From: Octopus sinensis
Lineage: Eukaryota
DNA length: 64,000 nucleotides
Assembly: GCF_006345805.1 (NCBI RefSeq)
Contig: NC_043012.1
Location: 11,780,001-11,844,000 of the forward strand
Reading direction: 5' to 3'
The notes under the pieces are model-generated. The model was not told the DNA's origin. It was given only the letters and a program-made list of their open reading frames with translations, and made no database searches. The translations under genes were made by a program, and so were the position numbers. Below are positions 37,896 to 50,660 of the stretch, one piece after another (positions within the stretch are counted from its first letter, which is position 1; every line of letters begins with the position of its first letter).

Positions 37896-38405
37896 TAGTA
37901 GTAGTAGTAAAAACTTGGTATGAGAAAACTCCAGAAGGAGTCACCGAAAATGAAAATTCTATGGGTTGCAATGACCCAGTGTGATCACCTGACCAGACAT
38001 CGGAAACCGGGAATTGTTGTGGTGAATAAGAATGAAAGAACATGTATTATAACTGACATAGCATGCCCCGGTGGCTACAGGATCAATGTGAAAGAAGAAA
38101 AATAAGCAACTATGACGATTTGAAGTGGGTAATACGAAGGTTGTAGTCAACGAAGAGAGTAGACGTGATACCAGTAATAATTGGAGCACTTAGAAGTATC
38201 AGCACTCACCTGCCAACTTGGCTGAAAAAGACTGGTGCAAGTGTGAAAGCAGAACACCTACAAGAATCAGCATTACTTGGAACTGCAAGAATTTTTCGCA
38301 GGGTTCTTGAAGCAGGACGAGTAAACAAGTGTCACCTTAGTCTGCTGGCTGTGGACAGCTGACACTTCCCATCATACCCAGCAAAACAAGTTGTGAGTTT
38401 TCATA

Positions 38406-38410
<5 letters not shown>
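37705..38410 (+). pseudogene. R4/Dong-type LINE restriction-like endonuclease remnant plus 3' UTR
   Basis: KTWYEKTPEGVTENE/KILWVAMTQCDHLTRHRKPGIVVVNKNERTCIITDIACPGGYRINVKEEK...VIPVIIGALRSISTHLPTWLKKTG..HLQESALLGTARIFRRVLEA (decayed PD-x-D RLE motif). (TAA)n upstream; (TAC/TAA)n tail. Confidence 0.88.
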
Positions 38411-38446
<36 letters not shown>

Positions 38447-38647
38447 ATAATATAATAATCGTCGTCTTCATCATCATGGTCATCACCATCGTCATCCATT
38501 TCATTACAGACACAAATCCTAGAATTTTGGCGAAAAGGAGCTATTCAATTACATTGACTCCAGTGCTCAACTAGTGCTTACCTCATCGATTCCGAAAAAG
38601 ATGAGGGGCAAAGTAAACCACGGCGGAATTTGATGGGATTTGGTGGA

Positions 38648-38852
38648 ATCTTCTTCTTCTTCTTCTTCTTCTTCTTCTTCTTCTTCTTCTTCTTCTTCTT
38701 CTTCTTCTTCTTCTTCTTCTTCTTCTTCTTCTTCTTCTTCTTCCTCTTCCTCTTCCTCTTCCTCCCCTTCATTCTTCTTCTCCTCGTCCTTCTCCTCATC
38801 CTCCTTCTTGCTGCTGTTGTTGTTGTTGTTGCTGTTGCTGCTGCTGCTGTTC

Positions 38853-38887
<35 letters not shown>

Positions 38888-39000
38888 CATCATCATCATC
38901 ATCATCATCACCTTCTTCTTCTTCTTCTTCTTATTATTATTATTATGATTATTATTATTATTATTATTATTAGTAGTAGTAGTAGTTGTAGCAGTAGTAT
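38648..39000. repeat. Compound trinucleotide array (CTT)n-(GTT/GCT)n-(GAT)n-(CAT)n-(CTT)n-(TAT)n-(TAG)n
   Basis: Directly visible. Source of the poly-E/K/S/F ORFs. Confidence 0.95.
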
Positions 39001-39495
39001 TGACAAGTAACCTATGGCACTTCGTTGGAATGGAGAGTGGCAACAGCGGAATTGATAATGTATTGATTCTTCCAGTAACTTATTGGTCTTTTCAGATGAT
39101 TCTCTCTTTCTGCCTTTGGGCTAAGTATCCTTGATTTTATGCGCTTCACACACTCCATCTAGCTGTGAGAAATAACAATCTACATTTTCTGGAAGATAAA
39201 ATATCTCATCTATTTAATGCAATAACACCAAAGTTAAACGCCGACATTAGGAAGCCCGAAGGCTGTTGGGGACACTTTCGTTATTCACTTGCGTCATATA
39301 TGATGGAAAATATGTATCACTATCAACGTAATTCTGTTCCTTAGGATAGATTCCAAGATATTATTACTGTCGTTTAGCTCCAGGTCAGCCTCATGATCTA
39401 GCAGCCCTATTTATTATCAAAGACGTTCTGCTGTAACGATTTGGATTATTTTATTATTTTCTTTGAGTTGACACACGAATAAAATAAAATAAATA

Positions 39496-39657
39496 GGCGT
39501 AGGAGTGGCTGTGTGGTAAGTAGCTTGCTTACGAACTACGTGGTTTCGGGTTTAGTCCCACCGCGTGGCACCTTGGGCAAGTGTCTTCTACTATAGCATC
39601 GGGCCAACCAAAGCCTTGTGAGTGGATTTGGTAGACGGAAACTGAAGAAACCAGTCG

Positions 39658-39737
<80 letters not shown>

Positions 39738-39955
39738 TTGTGTGTCTGTGTTTGTCCCTTCCCCCGACATCGCTTGACAACTGATGCTGGTGTGTTTACG
39801 TCCCCGTAACTTAGAGGTTCGGCAAAAGGGAACGATAGAATAAGTACTAGGCTTACAAATAATAAGTCCTGGTGTCGATGTGCTCGACTAAAGGCGGTGC
39901 TCCAGCATGGCCACAGTCAAATGACTGAAATAAGTAAAAGAGTAAAAAAAGAGTA
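39496..39955 (+). mobile_element. SINE family B, full length
   Basis: GGCGTAGGAGTGGCTGTGTGGTAAG ... GGCACCTTGGGCAAGTGTC ... (TA)n(TG)n ... ATGACTGAAATAAGTAAAAGAGTAAAA. Confidence 0.92.
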
Positions 39956-40610
39956 AAGTAGAATAAAATAAAACAAAATATGCACGTAGTGTCCAATACA
40001 GCCGTCATTATTTAAAATGGTAGGGTATAATTTTAGGGATTTAGTAGCGACATTTTGTATAAGGAATGACAACTTGAATATTTCCTTGTTAGTTACTGAG
40101 ATGGCTTTTAATGTTACAGTTAAAATTATGAAGCTTATCTTCTTCGTTGGCATTGTTAGATTCGGTTCAAATTTCTAAACCAACGTAGTTTTGCATGCTA
40201 ATTACGAAAACCACATTAATTGTTTTGAAATACAAATTAATAATAAAAAGTGACAGAGCTTTGGGAGTGAAATTTTTACTAATTTTAGTAATTTGGAAGC
40301 CTCTATTATTGTCATAGTTGAAGCCATAGGTTCCATGTGTTGACGATAAGAAAGTGAAAGCATTACAAAAGGTTAATAAGATCCATTATGATTGTTGCAG
40401 AATTTTGAATGTGTAAAATTAGTGTAATAGGACTCGTTATTTTTAAGCAGCTTCATCGATGCTGGTTCTGTTGTTGTCTTCACAAGTATTTAATTAAATT
40501 AGACATCTGTGTATCGTGCGTAATGTATACACTGTTGATAGGCCAGTTGCAGTAGTATTTGTTCTGAGATAACATATCTTTATGGATTTACTGCGTTAAA
40601 AAATAATAAA

Positions 40611-40868
40611 TGTGGGAGAGTGTTGTGATGAGAGTTACGACTCTCCCTTGCGAGAGAAAGACTTGTTCGAGTAAAGTATAAATAGCAACTATCCGAGTGA
40701 GTTCAGAGTTCAGAGTTCGGAGTCGAGTGAAGTTCGTGTTAGTTCGCAGTGAAGTCGGAAGTAGTCGGTTGGTTAATTCACAAAGAATATTGATTGTTGA
40801 TTCGTAAAGAGATTGTTTTTGCTGTTTTCTGGGTATCTTATTTATTGTACTTATCAAATTAAGTTACA
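40611..40868 (+). mobile_element. Probable solo LTR (258 bp)
   Basis: TGT...ACA termini; 5-bp flanks ATAAA/ATAGA (TSD with one mismatch); TATA-like GTATAAATAG followed by GAGTTCAGAGTT repeats; CpG-richer than the flanks. Confidence 0.5.
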
Positions 40869-42300
40869 ATAGAAAGGAAGAGAGAGAGAGAGGGGCAGAG
40901 AGAAAGAAAGAAAAGGAGAGAGAGAAATACAAAGAGAGAAAGGAAGAGAAAGCGAGAAAAAGGGAGAGAGAGACAAATATTGGTCTCACTAGGCTAGCGA
41001 GAGAACCAGATGGTAGACTACAATAAAAACTAGAGATAGCCTCGTATCAATTAGCGAGGAACCCTGTACACAGTTACTCGGTATGCTAGAAATAGAGGTA
41101 AATATCCACTTAAAAAGAACTGCTGTTTGTTGTTACTTCTCGTCATTCTTGTTTCAGCAAACTTCTCTGGTGTCTAAGGAATGATTTGGCTGCTTCTGAA
41201 ACCTAGTTGAAACATAGAACAGACAAGTGCGACTTCTGATATGTTGATAATGGAGGCTTCCAAATGACTAAATTTAATAAAACTTTAGCTCCTTAAAGGT
41301 TTGTAATATTTTTTATTGAGTTATATATAAATGAATAGGATTTTCACAATTAGTATGCGAAACTGTATCACTTTAGAAAGCTTGAACCAAATTGGACGAT
41401 GCGAACGGAAAGGAAAAATCCAGAGTTACTTGTTAGTCTTATGGTCATTCATTTCATTTTGACACTCTGTTGTGGTTGCTCACCTCTACTAAAAACCCCC
41501 AGCAAATTCTTCTTCTTAAATCATGTCCATATGAAAATTAGACACTGGATAGTGTTATCTTGAGTTCCTTGCACATTGGGAAAATAAGGTGTATTTACAG
41601 ATAGAATTCGCTTGCCTGTAGGTATGTTCAATCTCGTGTCACTTAGGACTGAACAACAACAACAACAACAACAACAACAACGACAACGACAGCAGCAGCA
41701 GCAGCAGCGACATCAACAAACAACGAGCTACTGTTGAGACATCATTTGAATGTTTGGAATTGGTCTGTCAGAGAAACGAGTACCTTGCGCAAAAGTTCGA
41801 TGCGATTCGGAGTCTCAGCGGTCTGTCGGCCGTCTTGGCTCTAATTTAGGCACCAAAATGTTTTTATAGGGACACGGGGTTGGATTTGAGAACATTCAAG
41901 AAAACCATATCACACCACAGCTTCCTGCTGATTGGTTAATTTATAAATCAATCACGTGAAATCGTGGTGGCTCACTCGCGACGCCTAACCGAATTTCTAG
42001 CGTTCAGAGTTCAAATACTCGCCACATCATGTATCACTGCCGTATACTCTAAAAATATCCCGTAAATGTTCCTTGAGTACAACAACAACAACAACAACAA
42101 CAACAATCCTGCTGTCACCTACGTGCATCGGGTACTATATTTTATCGACCTTGGAAGGGTGAAAGATAGCTTTTTGCCTCTTTATCGATTCTGCCAATCC
42201 AACATCTTTAATTTTTTCATAATAGCAGAAGCAACAAGCAACACCGAAAAGGCAGCGAAACTATGGCATGCCATAATAACCTCTTGTGAACATGATTTTG

Positions 42301-42345
<45 letters not shown>

Positions 42346-43849
42346 AGGGAAAGGAAGAGAGTGCGGGAGATATGGAGCAACAAACGTGTATAGTCAGAAA
42401 TATTTTGATCGAGATAAAACGAGAAAAATTGTACCAGTGAGAAGAAGAGAAAGAACAAGAAGCAAAATTTATTACTCAGAGAGATAGTAGGAGTAATAGT
42501 AGGCGATAGTAGGAGTGAAAGAGTGTGTGAAAGTATTTGGTTATAGTATCTTGTATATACATCAAAAGTGATTGATACAATCTTCAGTTTTGATATAACT
42601 TTGAAGTTGCTGAAACAGCATATTGAAAAAGTCAACAAAATTGCAATGTTCAGATGTTCATAAATGTGGAAATGCTAAATGTGGAACGTTTTAAAGAGCT
42701 CTTCATTGTAATGTATAATTTATTAACTGTTTATGCTTCCAGCAACAGTTTTCAGTCCACAAGTTATCATTATATCAAATCTGCATCAAAGGAGAAAAAA
42801 AATTAAGATAGTGTCTTATTTCTTTGATATGTTTGGTAGATAACAAAATATTAGAGAAGGATGATATTTGAAGACATTGAAAAAAACAACAACATACAAC
42901 ACTAAACAAAAAAAACCCAAAACTAAGTAATTGAACTGCTGCGAAAAAATTGATTTCTAATATAAATTTGAGAACTGGAGACAGGTAATTCTACACGTTC
43001 CGTCCCTCTGTTATTGTCCCATCTGCAAGAAATGTTTATAAAGTTGTAAAACGTCAAATTTAGCTTTATTTATCGCGTGTTGTGTCGTATCGACGATTCC
43101 AAAAGAAGATGAAATACTGTTATACACGGCTACCAACGATCACTTCCTTTAAGATATTTATACTGTGTTAAAATTGTATTAAATGTTTATACTCTTTACA
43201 CCTTTACGTTTTGATGTAAATTTCATACTTTCAAATTCGCCTCAAATTAACTTAATTTAGAAGGGGTTTTCTCTCCATTGATAATTGACCACCAGGAGTA
43301 CATAGCAAGTTGTTGTATACTGCAAGTTGTCTGTAATGTTGTGGTGCCAACACGATATTGTGACGAATGGTTTAGATACACTGTACCAGTGTAGCAACAG
43401 TGGACAAGACAACGATGCAACCGTAATACCAACATAACAATCCAACAATCTCTTCACGAACCGAAATAGGAAGTAACTAAAAACTCAAATAACTCCAACC
43501 AGTCGGTACCAAACAGATTGGTTGCGTTTTTTACGACGAAAAATTTCGCCTTGCAAGTTTTTCATCGAACTCTGACCTCATTCCACATTTCCCCTACAAA
43601 GTGTAGTTTATTTACCTGTCACGCCACGTGCAGTTTTTGCTGTATTTCTTAAGACAGGTTTCCCCATTTTCTTCCACGTGTCGGTGTTAATGATTGAAAT
43701 GTCACTACCAGTATCCAGTTGTAATTTAATATTTATTCTGTTTAGTTTTACGTGTACAAATTTCCTTATTTGGGAATCGATTTTTCTTTCTGCTGAGAGA
43801 ACTTCAGAATTTTTACATTTGACTTTCGTACTGTGAACTCTTACTCTTT

Positions 43850-44080
43850 TACTCTTTTACATTTTTCAGTTATTTTGAGTGCGGTCATGCTGGAGCACCG
43901 CTTTTTAGTCGAACAAATCGACCCCAGAACAAATGACGTAATAAGATACCCTGATGAATTCTTTGCCACGAAACCACCTCAATTCTGGGAAGAGGGTATT
44001 TTCAAGTTAAAGGAATTGTGACCTTCATCTATCGGAGATTGATAAAATAAGTTTTCGTCAAGCACTAGTGTTAATAATAT
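43850..44080. mobile_element. Mosaic of a SINE B tail (minus), a ~90-bp mariner transposase fragment (plus) and a SINE A core fragment
   Basis: 43931-44018 matches the reverse complement of 32860-32945 (GATGAATTCTTTGCCA..AAACCACCTCAATTCTGGGAAGAGGGT..TTTCAAGTTAAAGGAA). Confidence 0.7.
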
Positions 44081-45098
44081 CGACTGCTTCTCTACCCTTC
44101 AGCCCAATTTCAGCCATTGTGCCTATGTTAGAAACAGTATAAAAAGAGAGAGATTAACAGAGAAACATTAAGAGAAAATGAGTGAAAGAGAGAGAAAGGA
44201 ATAAGAGCAAAAGAGGGAATGAGAACAAGTGAGATAGATAGATTGGTAGATAAATTCAAATATCAAGAAATACATGATTGCTGACATCAATGTCTATTCT
44301 TTCTATCAGATCACGCGCAAAATTATGCTAATTTATGCAATTTGTATGTTGATCAACAAACCCCCACTTCAACGGTTTCTTTGAATTTGGTAGCACAGTT
44401 TCGTTTTACCTTAAACACATTGAAGTTCACCAAATCCGGTACCGTAATTATCACCTGTGAAGGCAATACAACTCTCGCTTATGCCACGTTTGGCAAGAAG
44501 TCTCCATTATAAATTCATCTGTTTCATTTGGTGTCTTTCAAACGTAAACTAAATTTGACCGAAATCCACCGTTTCCTTACTTGAAGTGTTAAATGACTAC
44601 AGAAAACTATAGTGTTGCATTCACCTACATCAAGAACATGATAATGAATTATAGTTTCTTTTAAATTCTTCTTAATACTTGATCAACTAAGTGTAGTACA
44701 ATTACTGAATTCACAGTAGATTAAACTCTGAACTCTAAATAATTTAATTTCTCCACCATACATCTCACTGTTCGTCTTCGTAGCTATCTCTCTAATTCTA
44801 TATCTGAATGACAAAGACAGCTACTGTTTTTGCTGGCAATTCTTAGCGGAGAAAGCAATGGTATTTTAGCAACAGAAGTATATTTTATGTTATCTTCATT
44901 CGATCTCTAAAAATAGCCTGAAAAACAAAGCCTTATCTGATTATAATCGTACTCCTGTCATTAGTTCGGGTTAAATACGATAACCGTAAAGTGTTTCTCA
45001 CTTCAAACAGCTTTCAGGAAGAAAGAGAAAACAAAGCAAATGGAAATCAACATATATGTATACATACAAGCATACACACATACACATACTCACACATA

Positions 45099-45146
<48 letters not shown>

Positions 45147-45181
45147 TATATATATATATATATGCATACATACACACACAC

Positions 45182-45242
<61 letters not shown>

Positions 45243-45276
45243 TATTATATATATATATATATATATGCATACGTAC

Positions 45277-45315
<39 letters not shown>

Positions 45316-45931
45316 GAAATAATTACACAGGAAAAGTGTATACATTGTATTATAGTTAAAGCTGATTATATTATAGCTATAGTTTTGTTTATTGTTCGTA
45401 TAACATCTAAGGATTGGTGGTTCTTTATGACTTGGAAGTTTCTGCTTTTTCTTTTTTTTCTGTAATGGAAAAGTAGCTAACTTTAGCTATAATATTAAAT
45501 ATTTACTCTACTTAATGTACCGAGTGCACTTTACTTTGTTCGTAATGGTATTAGTAAATATAATATACTATAATATATATTATTCATACACACACACACA
45601 CACAAACACACAGACACACACACACACACACGCACACACACACACGCACACATACACACACACATACACACACACACAGTTAAATAAGTCTCGGGTAAAA
45701 ACTTGGTAGCATGCTATGCAAAGCTCACCCACATTTATAGGCTATCTGGTGTCATTATAAAGGGGAACTGCTCTTGTAACTGAAAATACATAAGAAATTC
45801 CGTAGTATCTGTAGAGTTTATATAAATAGATAAGTAAGAGAAAATAGATTGAACGATATTCTTTATTTAAAATCATTTCAAGTGTTTCGACTCATTTTCA
45901 CACCCGTAGTACATTAATGAGAGGACAAGAT

Positions 45932-46031
45932 TAACATGTTTTGTAATCATTATCAACCATCAAAGGTGTAAGATGCACCTCCTGAGGTATCTTACGCTTT
46001 GGATGGGTGATAGTGATTACATTATATGTTA
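45932..46031 (+). other. Imperfect ~100-nt RNA hairpin in unique sequence (pre-miRNA-like candidate)
   Basis: 5' arm TGTAATCATTATCAACCATCAAAGGTGTAAGATGCACCTC pairs with 3' arm GAGGTATCTTACGCTTTGGATGGGTGATAGTGATTACA, with G-U wobbles and small bulges. Confidence 0.4.
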
Positions 46032-46118
46032 ATTTTATCGTCGCACCATTGTATTGTGTGTGTAAAAATGTGTCGAAACAACTGTAGTGATTTTAAAACA
46101 ATGTTATTCAATCCATTT

Positions 46119-46150
<32 letters not shown>

Positions 46151-46155
46151 GAGAG

Positions 46156-46220
<65 letters not shown>

Positions 46221-46778
46221 TACATATATGCATACACTACAATCCAAAAGTTGAAGTTCACCAACAAAAGTTTGTTTCAAAGTGTAATTTTTAGTTCAAT
46301 GTCATCGATTTAGATACATTTCTGGTATAAAAATATGGAATAACATATTCCATAAAGTCTGGAGTTTATTCGTTATGGAATAATACTATTTATTACATAT
46401 TTTATACGCAAATAATCATTTTTTGACGGGAATCCTATTTGGGAACGTCGTCAAAATCATTTTAGCGTCGAAAACATTGTAATACATTTTGATTATTTAC
46501 TCTCCTTATGTGCTGTCGGTTGAAATAACATCACTTAATGTTAAATGTGTTAGTGTTTCTCTCAGGTTCAGTCATTAAAAATAAGTAAAATTAAGGAAAT
46601 TCCTTAAAATAAACCTAAATATGCACAAAACCAGTAATTTATCACCTGAAAAACATTGTCACATTACGTAGTGAAGGTTATAGTTTTCGAGATGTACCCA
46701 AACAAGTTAAAGTTTCCTACACTGCCGTCCGCTCTACAATTGTAAAGTATAAGGAAACAGGAAAAAATAACGATAGAG

Positions 46779-46903
46779 CTAATCACCAACTGGGTCCAAT
46801 GGACCCAATACTTTTCTATTAATTAGATTTTATTCAAACTACCTCTATTTCTTAGCTAATTAATAGAAAAATATTGGGTTCATTGGACCCAGTTGGTGAT
46901 TAG
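46779..46903. repeat. 48-bp inverted repeat with 29-bp spacer (MITE-like fold-back)
   Basis: 46779-46826 vs 46856-46903, 2 mismatches; contains GGGTCCAATGGACCC. Confidence 0.85.
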
Positions 46904-47204
46904 TGACATACATTTTCTCTGGTAGACCAAGTGTTAATATATATTACGGTTCAAATTTAAATTTGCATTTATATCAATTAAGGTAGCCCCCTCACAGTCT
47001 TCAGAACGCCGCTAAAGTGATTTTCGGGATTTGTTCTGGTTCTTTACACTTTAAGTTCAAATCCCACCGAAGACAACCGTTACTTTTATCTGTCCGAGTA
47101 CGGTAAAACAAAGTACAAGTCAAGCTTTAGCGAGGTGGACTTAAGGTGGCGAACTGGCAGAATCGTTAGCAGGCCGGGTACAGTGCAGAGCGGCATTTCG
47201 ATTT

Positions 47205-47413
47205 AAGGCGGCGAGCTGGCAGAAACGTTAGCACGCCGGGCGAAATGCTTAGCGGTATTTCGTCTGCGCCGAGGTTGACTTTGCCTTTCCTCCTTTCGGG
47301 GTCGATAAATTAAGTACCAGTTACGCACTGGGGTCGATGTAATCGACTTAATACCTATGTCTGTCCTTGTTTGTCCGCTCTGTGTTTAGCCCCTTGTGGG
47401 TAATAAAGAAATA
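47205..47413 (+). mobile_element. SINE family A1 (short internal deletion) next to an A2 head
   Basis: AAGGCGGCGAGCTGGCAGAAACG...GGGTAATAAAGAAATA; GGCATTTCG on both sides (47192-47200, 47414-47422). Confidence 0.88.
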
Positions 47414-48044
47414 GGCATTTCGTATCGAAACTAAGACCTCTTGGCTGTGAGTGCAACACCTCTAAGCACCAAGCCACCCGTCTTCAATGCCGAGCAATCA
47501 TAATACAATAAACTACCTCTTAATCCAACCTACCACTTGTTTATGCCGTTCTTTCCGATGTATAAAAGCAACTTGTCTGTTCACCAATTCATTCATAAAA
47601 ACAGTTACATTAGCTGCACTTCAGTACTGACATACTCAAGGTGATTATGTAAGGTTTTATAGTAAGCAATTACTCCTCTGAGAATATGAGCAATTCTGCG
47701 CAAAACTTGTGAATGGCAGCTTCTCATTTGTTTTTCTTTAAACAAACACGTCTAAGAGGAAATGTTGCTAACTTCGCACGCACCCCTACGCTCACGCACA
47801 CATAAGCAGGCACGTATATATACATATTCACATACGCGTACACATACACACACACGCACACACTCTCTTTCTCTCTGCCTCTCTCATTCACAATCTCTCT
47901 CTCTCTCTGCGTCTCTCATACACGCACTCTTTCACACACACACACACGCACGCACACCACGCTCATCACACGCATTCTCTAGGTTTCTTTCTCATATACA
48001 TTTACACACAATCTCTCTCTAACAAGCATGCACACCTTTCTCTC

Positions 48045-48089
<45 letters not shown>

Positions 48090-48642
48090 CACACACACAC
48101 ACACACACACAAACAAATACACACACTCATGCATACAAATACACACACACATACACACACATTCCAACTCACTAGCAGAGTCATTAAACCATTAGAAGAA
48201 ATCTCTCATGTGTTCAAATTCCGCCGAGGTCAATTACTTTTTCATCCTACAAGAGTTGGTAAGTACCCATCTAGAACCGATGTCGATGTCTAGTGGTACT
48301 GTGAAAGTGCTGGACGTAATATATTGTGGAAGTTCATCTGGTTCTTGTGTTCCGAGTTCAAATCGCACCGTGGCCTTCTTCGGTGATAGATTTTGATGAG
48401 AGCAACTGTCTTTGAAAACTCATATTACTGAATGCTCGAAACGAGGAGTAGATAGACAGCCAACAACCGATGATGGGTCGTTTTTCTGATTTTACTTGTC
48501 CTGTTTTCTATTTTTCCCTCCCGTTGTTTACTTATTTAACTCGTTTTTCTATGTATTTCATGTTTACACAGTTGGTGACGTCCTGTACCCATACATACAT
48601 ACGTACATACACATATCCATACATACATCCATCCATACATAC

Positions 48643-48674
<32 letters not shown>

Positions 48675-48675
48675 T

Positions 48676-49048
48676 ACTAGCACTATGACCCGGCGTTGCC
48701 GGGTCATAGTGCTAGTGCCTGCATATACAGCTGCGTGCGTGCGCACATACACGCGAGTACTGTCCAAATCTCCGACCAATTACATACAACTAGCTGGCAT
48801 CCAATTGGCGTATCAAGTTTCGGGCATTTTGATTGCGTTTTGGATATAAAATTTACATAAAAGTCACTTCTATTGATTTTTTAATGGCTTTGCGTGGTTA
48901 CTGGGGAAATGTAAAGATGTGCACGACCACTCTTGGACGGTTTTGAATGACCATAGAAAGTGCGACCTCTCTAACTGAAAAATTGTGGATTTGTATAAAG
49001 GATACACACACAGATACACTGACAGACATTTTGCCGTTTATATATATA
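48676..49048 (+). mobile_element. Helitron-like non-autonomous element nested in a family F repeat
   Basis: 5' ACTAG with a perfect 19-bp hairpin (48676-48694/48698-48716); 3' CACACAGATACACTGACAGACATTTTGCCGTTTATATATA. Family F sequence resumes after it (TTATTATT..TTGAACGCCACGCATC). Confidence 0.65.
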
Positions 49049-49911
49049 TTATTTATTATTATTATCTAATTGAACGCCACGCATCATCTATTTACGCTGA
49101 ATAAACTAACAGCGCACATGACTGTGTATTCTGGATTAAAGCCTGCATATCAGCATGAATTAGACTCAATACACCGTTAAGCATAACGATATTCCTATGT
49201 ACTATTGATTACGTATGCGCTTACATATGCAAACGCACTCACAGACATTTTTCATCGAGACCTATATTTACACACTGACAACTTTATACACACACATCCA
49301 CACGCACACACCCACCCACGCATTCACGTACATGCAACATGCGCACACACATGTGCACACATATATACATACACATAAGGACATGTATTTTGATGACTTA
49401 TGGGAAGCCATGTTTGATGATCCCAGTGATGGATTTTTGGATTATTGTCAGAAGCCAACCTTCTGCGTAAGATGGACTAATTAAATGTCACGTGACTCTC
49501 TCATTGTCAAAACTAACTACCATAGCAACGGGAAACAGAACGATCATAGAATTAACATGCTGTATGTTTTTTTTTTGTTATTGTTGCTGTTGTTATTGTT
49601 TTTAGCGTTGTTATCATTTTTATTATTAGTTGCTGTTTATATATAAAAGTAACAAGACAAACATCAATGTATGTCATTATTGGCAGAATTGTCCTGTGTT
49701 CAAATTACGCCGAGGTGGACTTTGCCTTTCATCCTTTCGGGGTCGATAAATTAAGTGTCAGTCAAGTATTGGGGTCGATGTGTCTACAAATTCCAACCCA
49801 TAAAACTGGTTCGCTAGTCAGCATCATTAGACTGTGGCCGGCATAATGGAATAAGAGCTTTATTTGCATACTTAAAACGTTTCCCCGTAAAGAAATTACA
49901 TATATATATAT

Positions 49912-50300
49912 ACTAGCAGTATCGCCCGGCGTTGCTCAGTTTGTAAGGGAAATAACTATAAAGCATTTTTAGAGAGTTATAGCCCAAAAATAGCAAAAAA
50001 ATGGAAAAAAATGATGCTAATTTTTTTTTGAGATTTAAAAAAGGTGGAGTTGCGTCCCCTAGACAGTTTGTGGTTCCTGTTTCTGATTCTCGGCCCCATG
50101 TCGAATTTATCGATTTTTTTCAGAACTGGGGGAACTTTTCAAAATTTTCGCTGCGTTAGTTTTGAATTATGACATTGGGCTATGTGTGTGTCAAGTTTCA
50201 TCAGAATCGGTTGAAAGCCGTGGTCAGGGTGAGGGTACAAGCAAACAGACACACAGAAACACGCACAGACAAACTGCCGTTTATATATATATATATATAT
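49912..50300 (+). mobile_element. Helitron-like non-autonomous element, different internal sequence
   Basis: 5' ACTAGCAGTATCGCCCGGCGTTGCTC; subterminal AAGTTTCATCAGAATCGGTTGAA; 3' CAGACAAACTGCCGTTTATATATA. Inserted in (TA)n. Confidence 0.65.
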
Positions 50301-50329
50301 ACAATTGTTTTTTTCGTAATGAGTTAAAA

Positions 50330-50660
50330 AAACCCAAGGCTGTGTAGATTTTAGAACATTTATAGATAGAAGGTCTTACAGCTGTTTCCAGGATATTTAT
50401 TATATCCCTTCATCGGAGAAGGTGTAGGAGAATAGTTAAGTAATAGTTAATTTAGATAAGATACAAAATAGAGAGTGAGGTGGAGGAAAGAAAATAGTTG
50501 GAAGATGTTTAGGGATATTGTATGTATAGATCCATTTTTTAGGCAGAATGGTATACATATAAGATTCCAATACCTTATGAGTAAAATCCAATAGTATTTA
50601 AAATTGGTCATTCCAAGTATAGAGTTTATACACAGTGTTATTGAATCAAGGGTTATATAT
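50330..50660 (-). mobile_element. Penelope-type terminal repeat with hammerhead-like motif
   Basis: Minus strand TCT-CCGATGA-A-GGGATAT-AATAA-ATATCCT-G-GAA-ACAGCTGT-A-AGA at ~50373-50419: palindromic stem III, GUA triplet, U4>C. Confidence 0.6.

Noticed and set aside
41740-42000. Promoter-like patch (inverted CCAAT, CACGTG)
   Set aside because: Short motifs are expected by chance, and the patch merges into a decayed SINE head; insufficient support.
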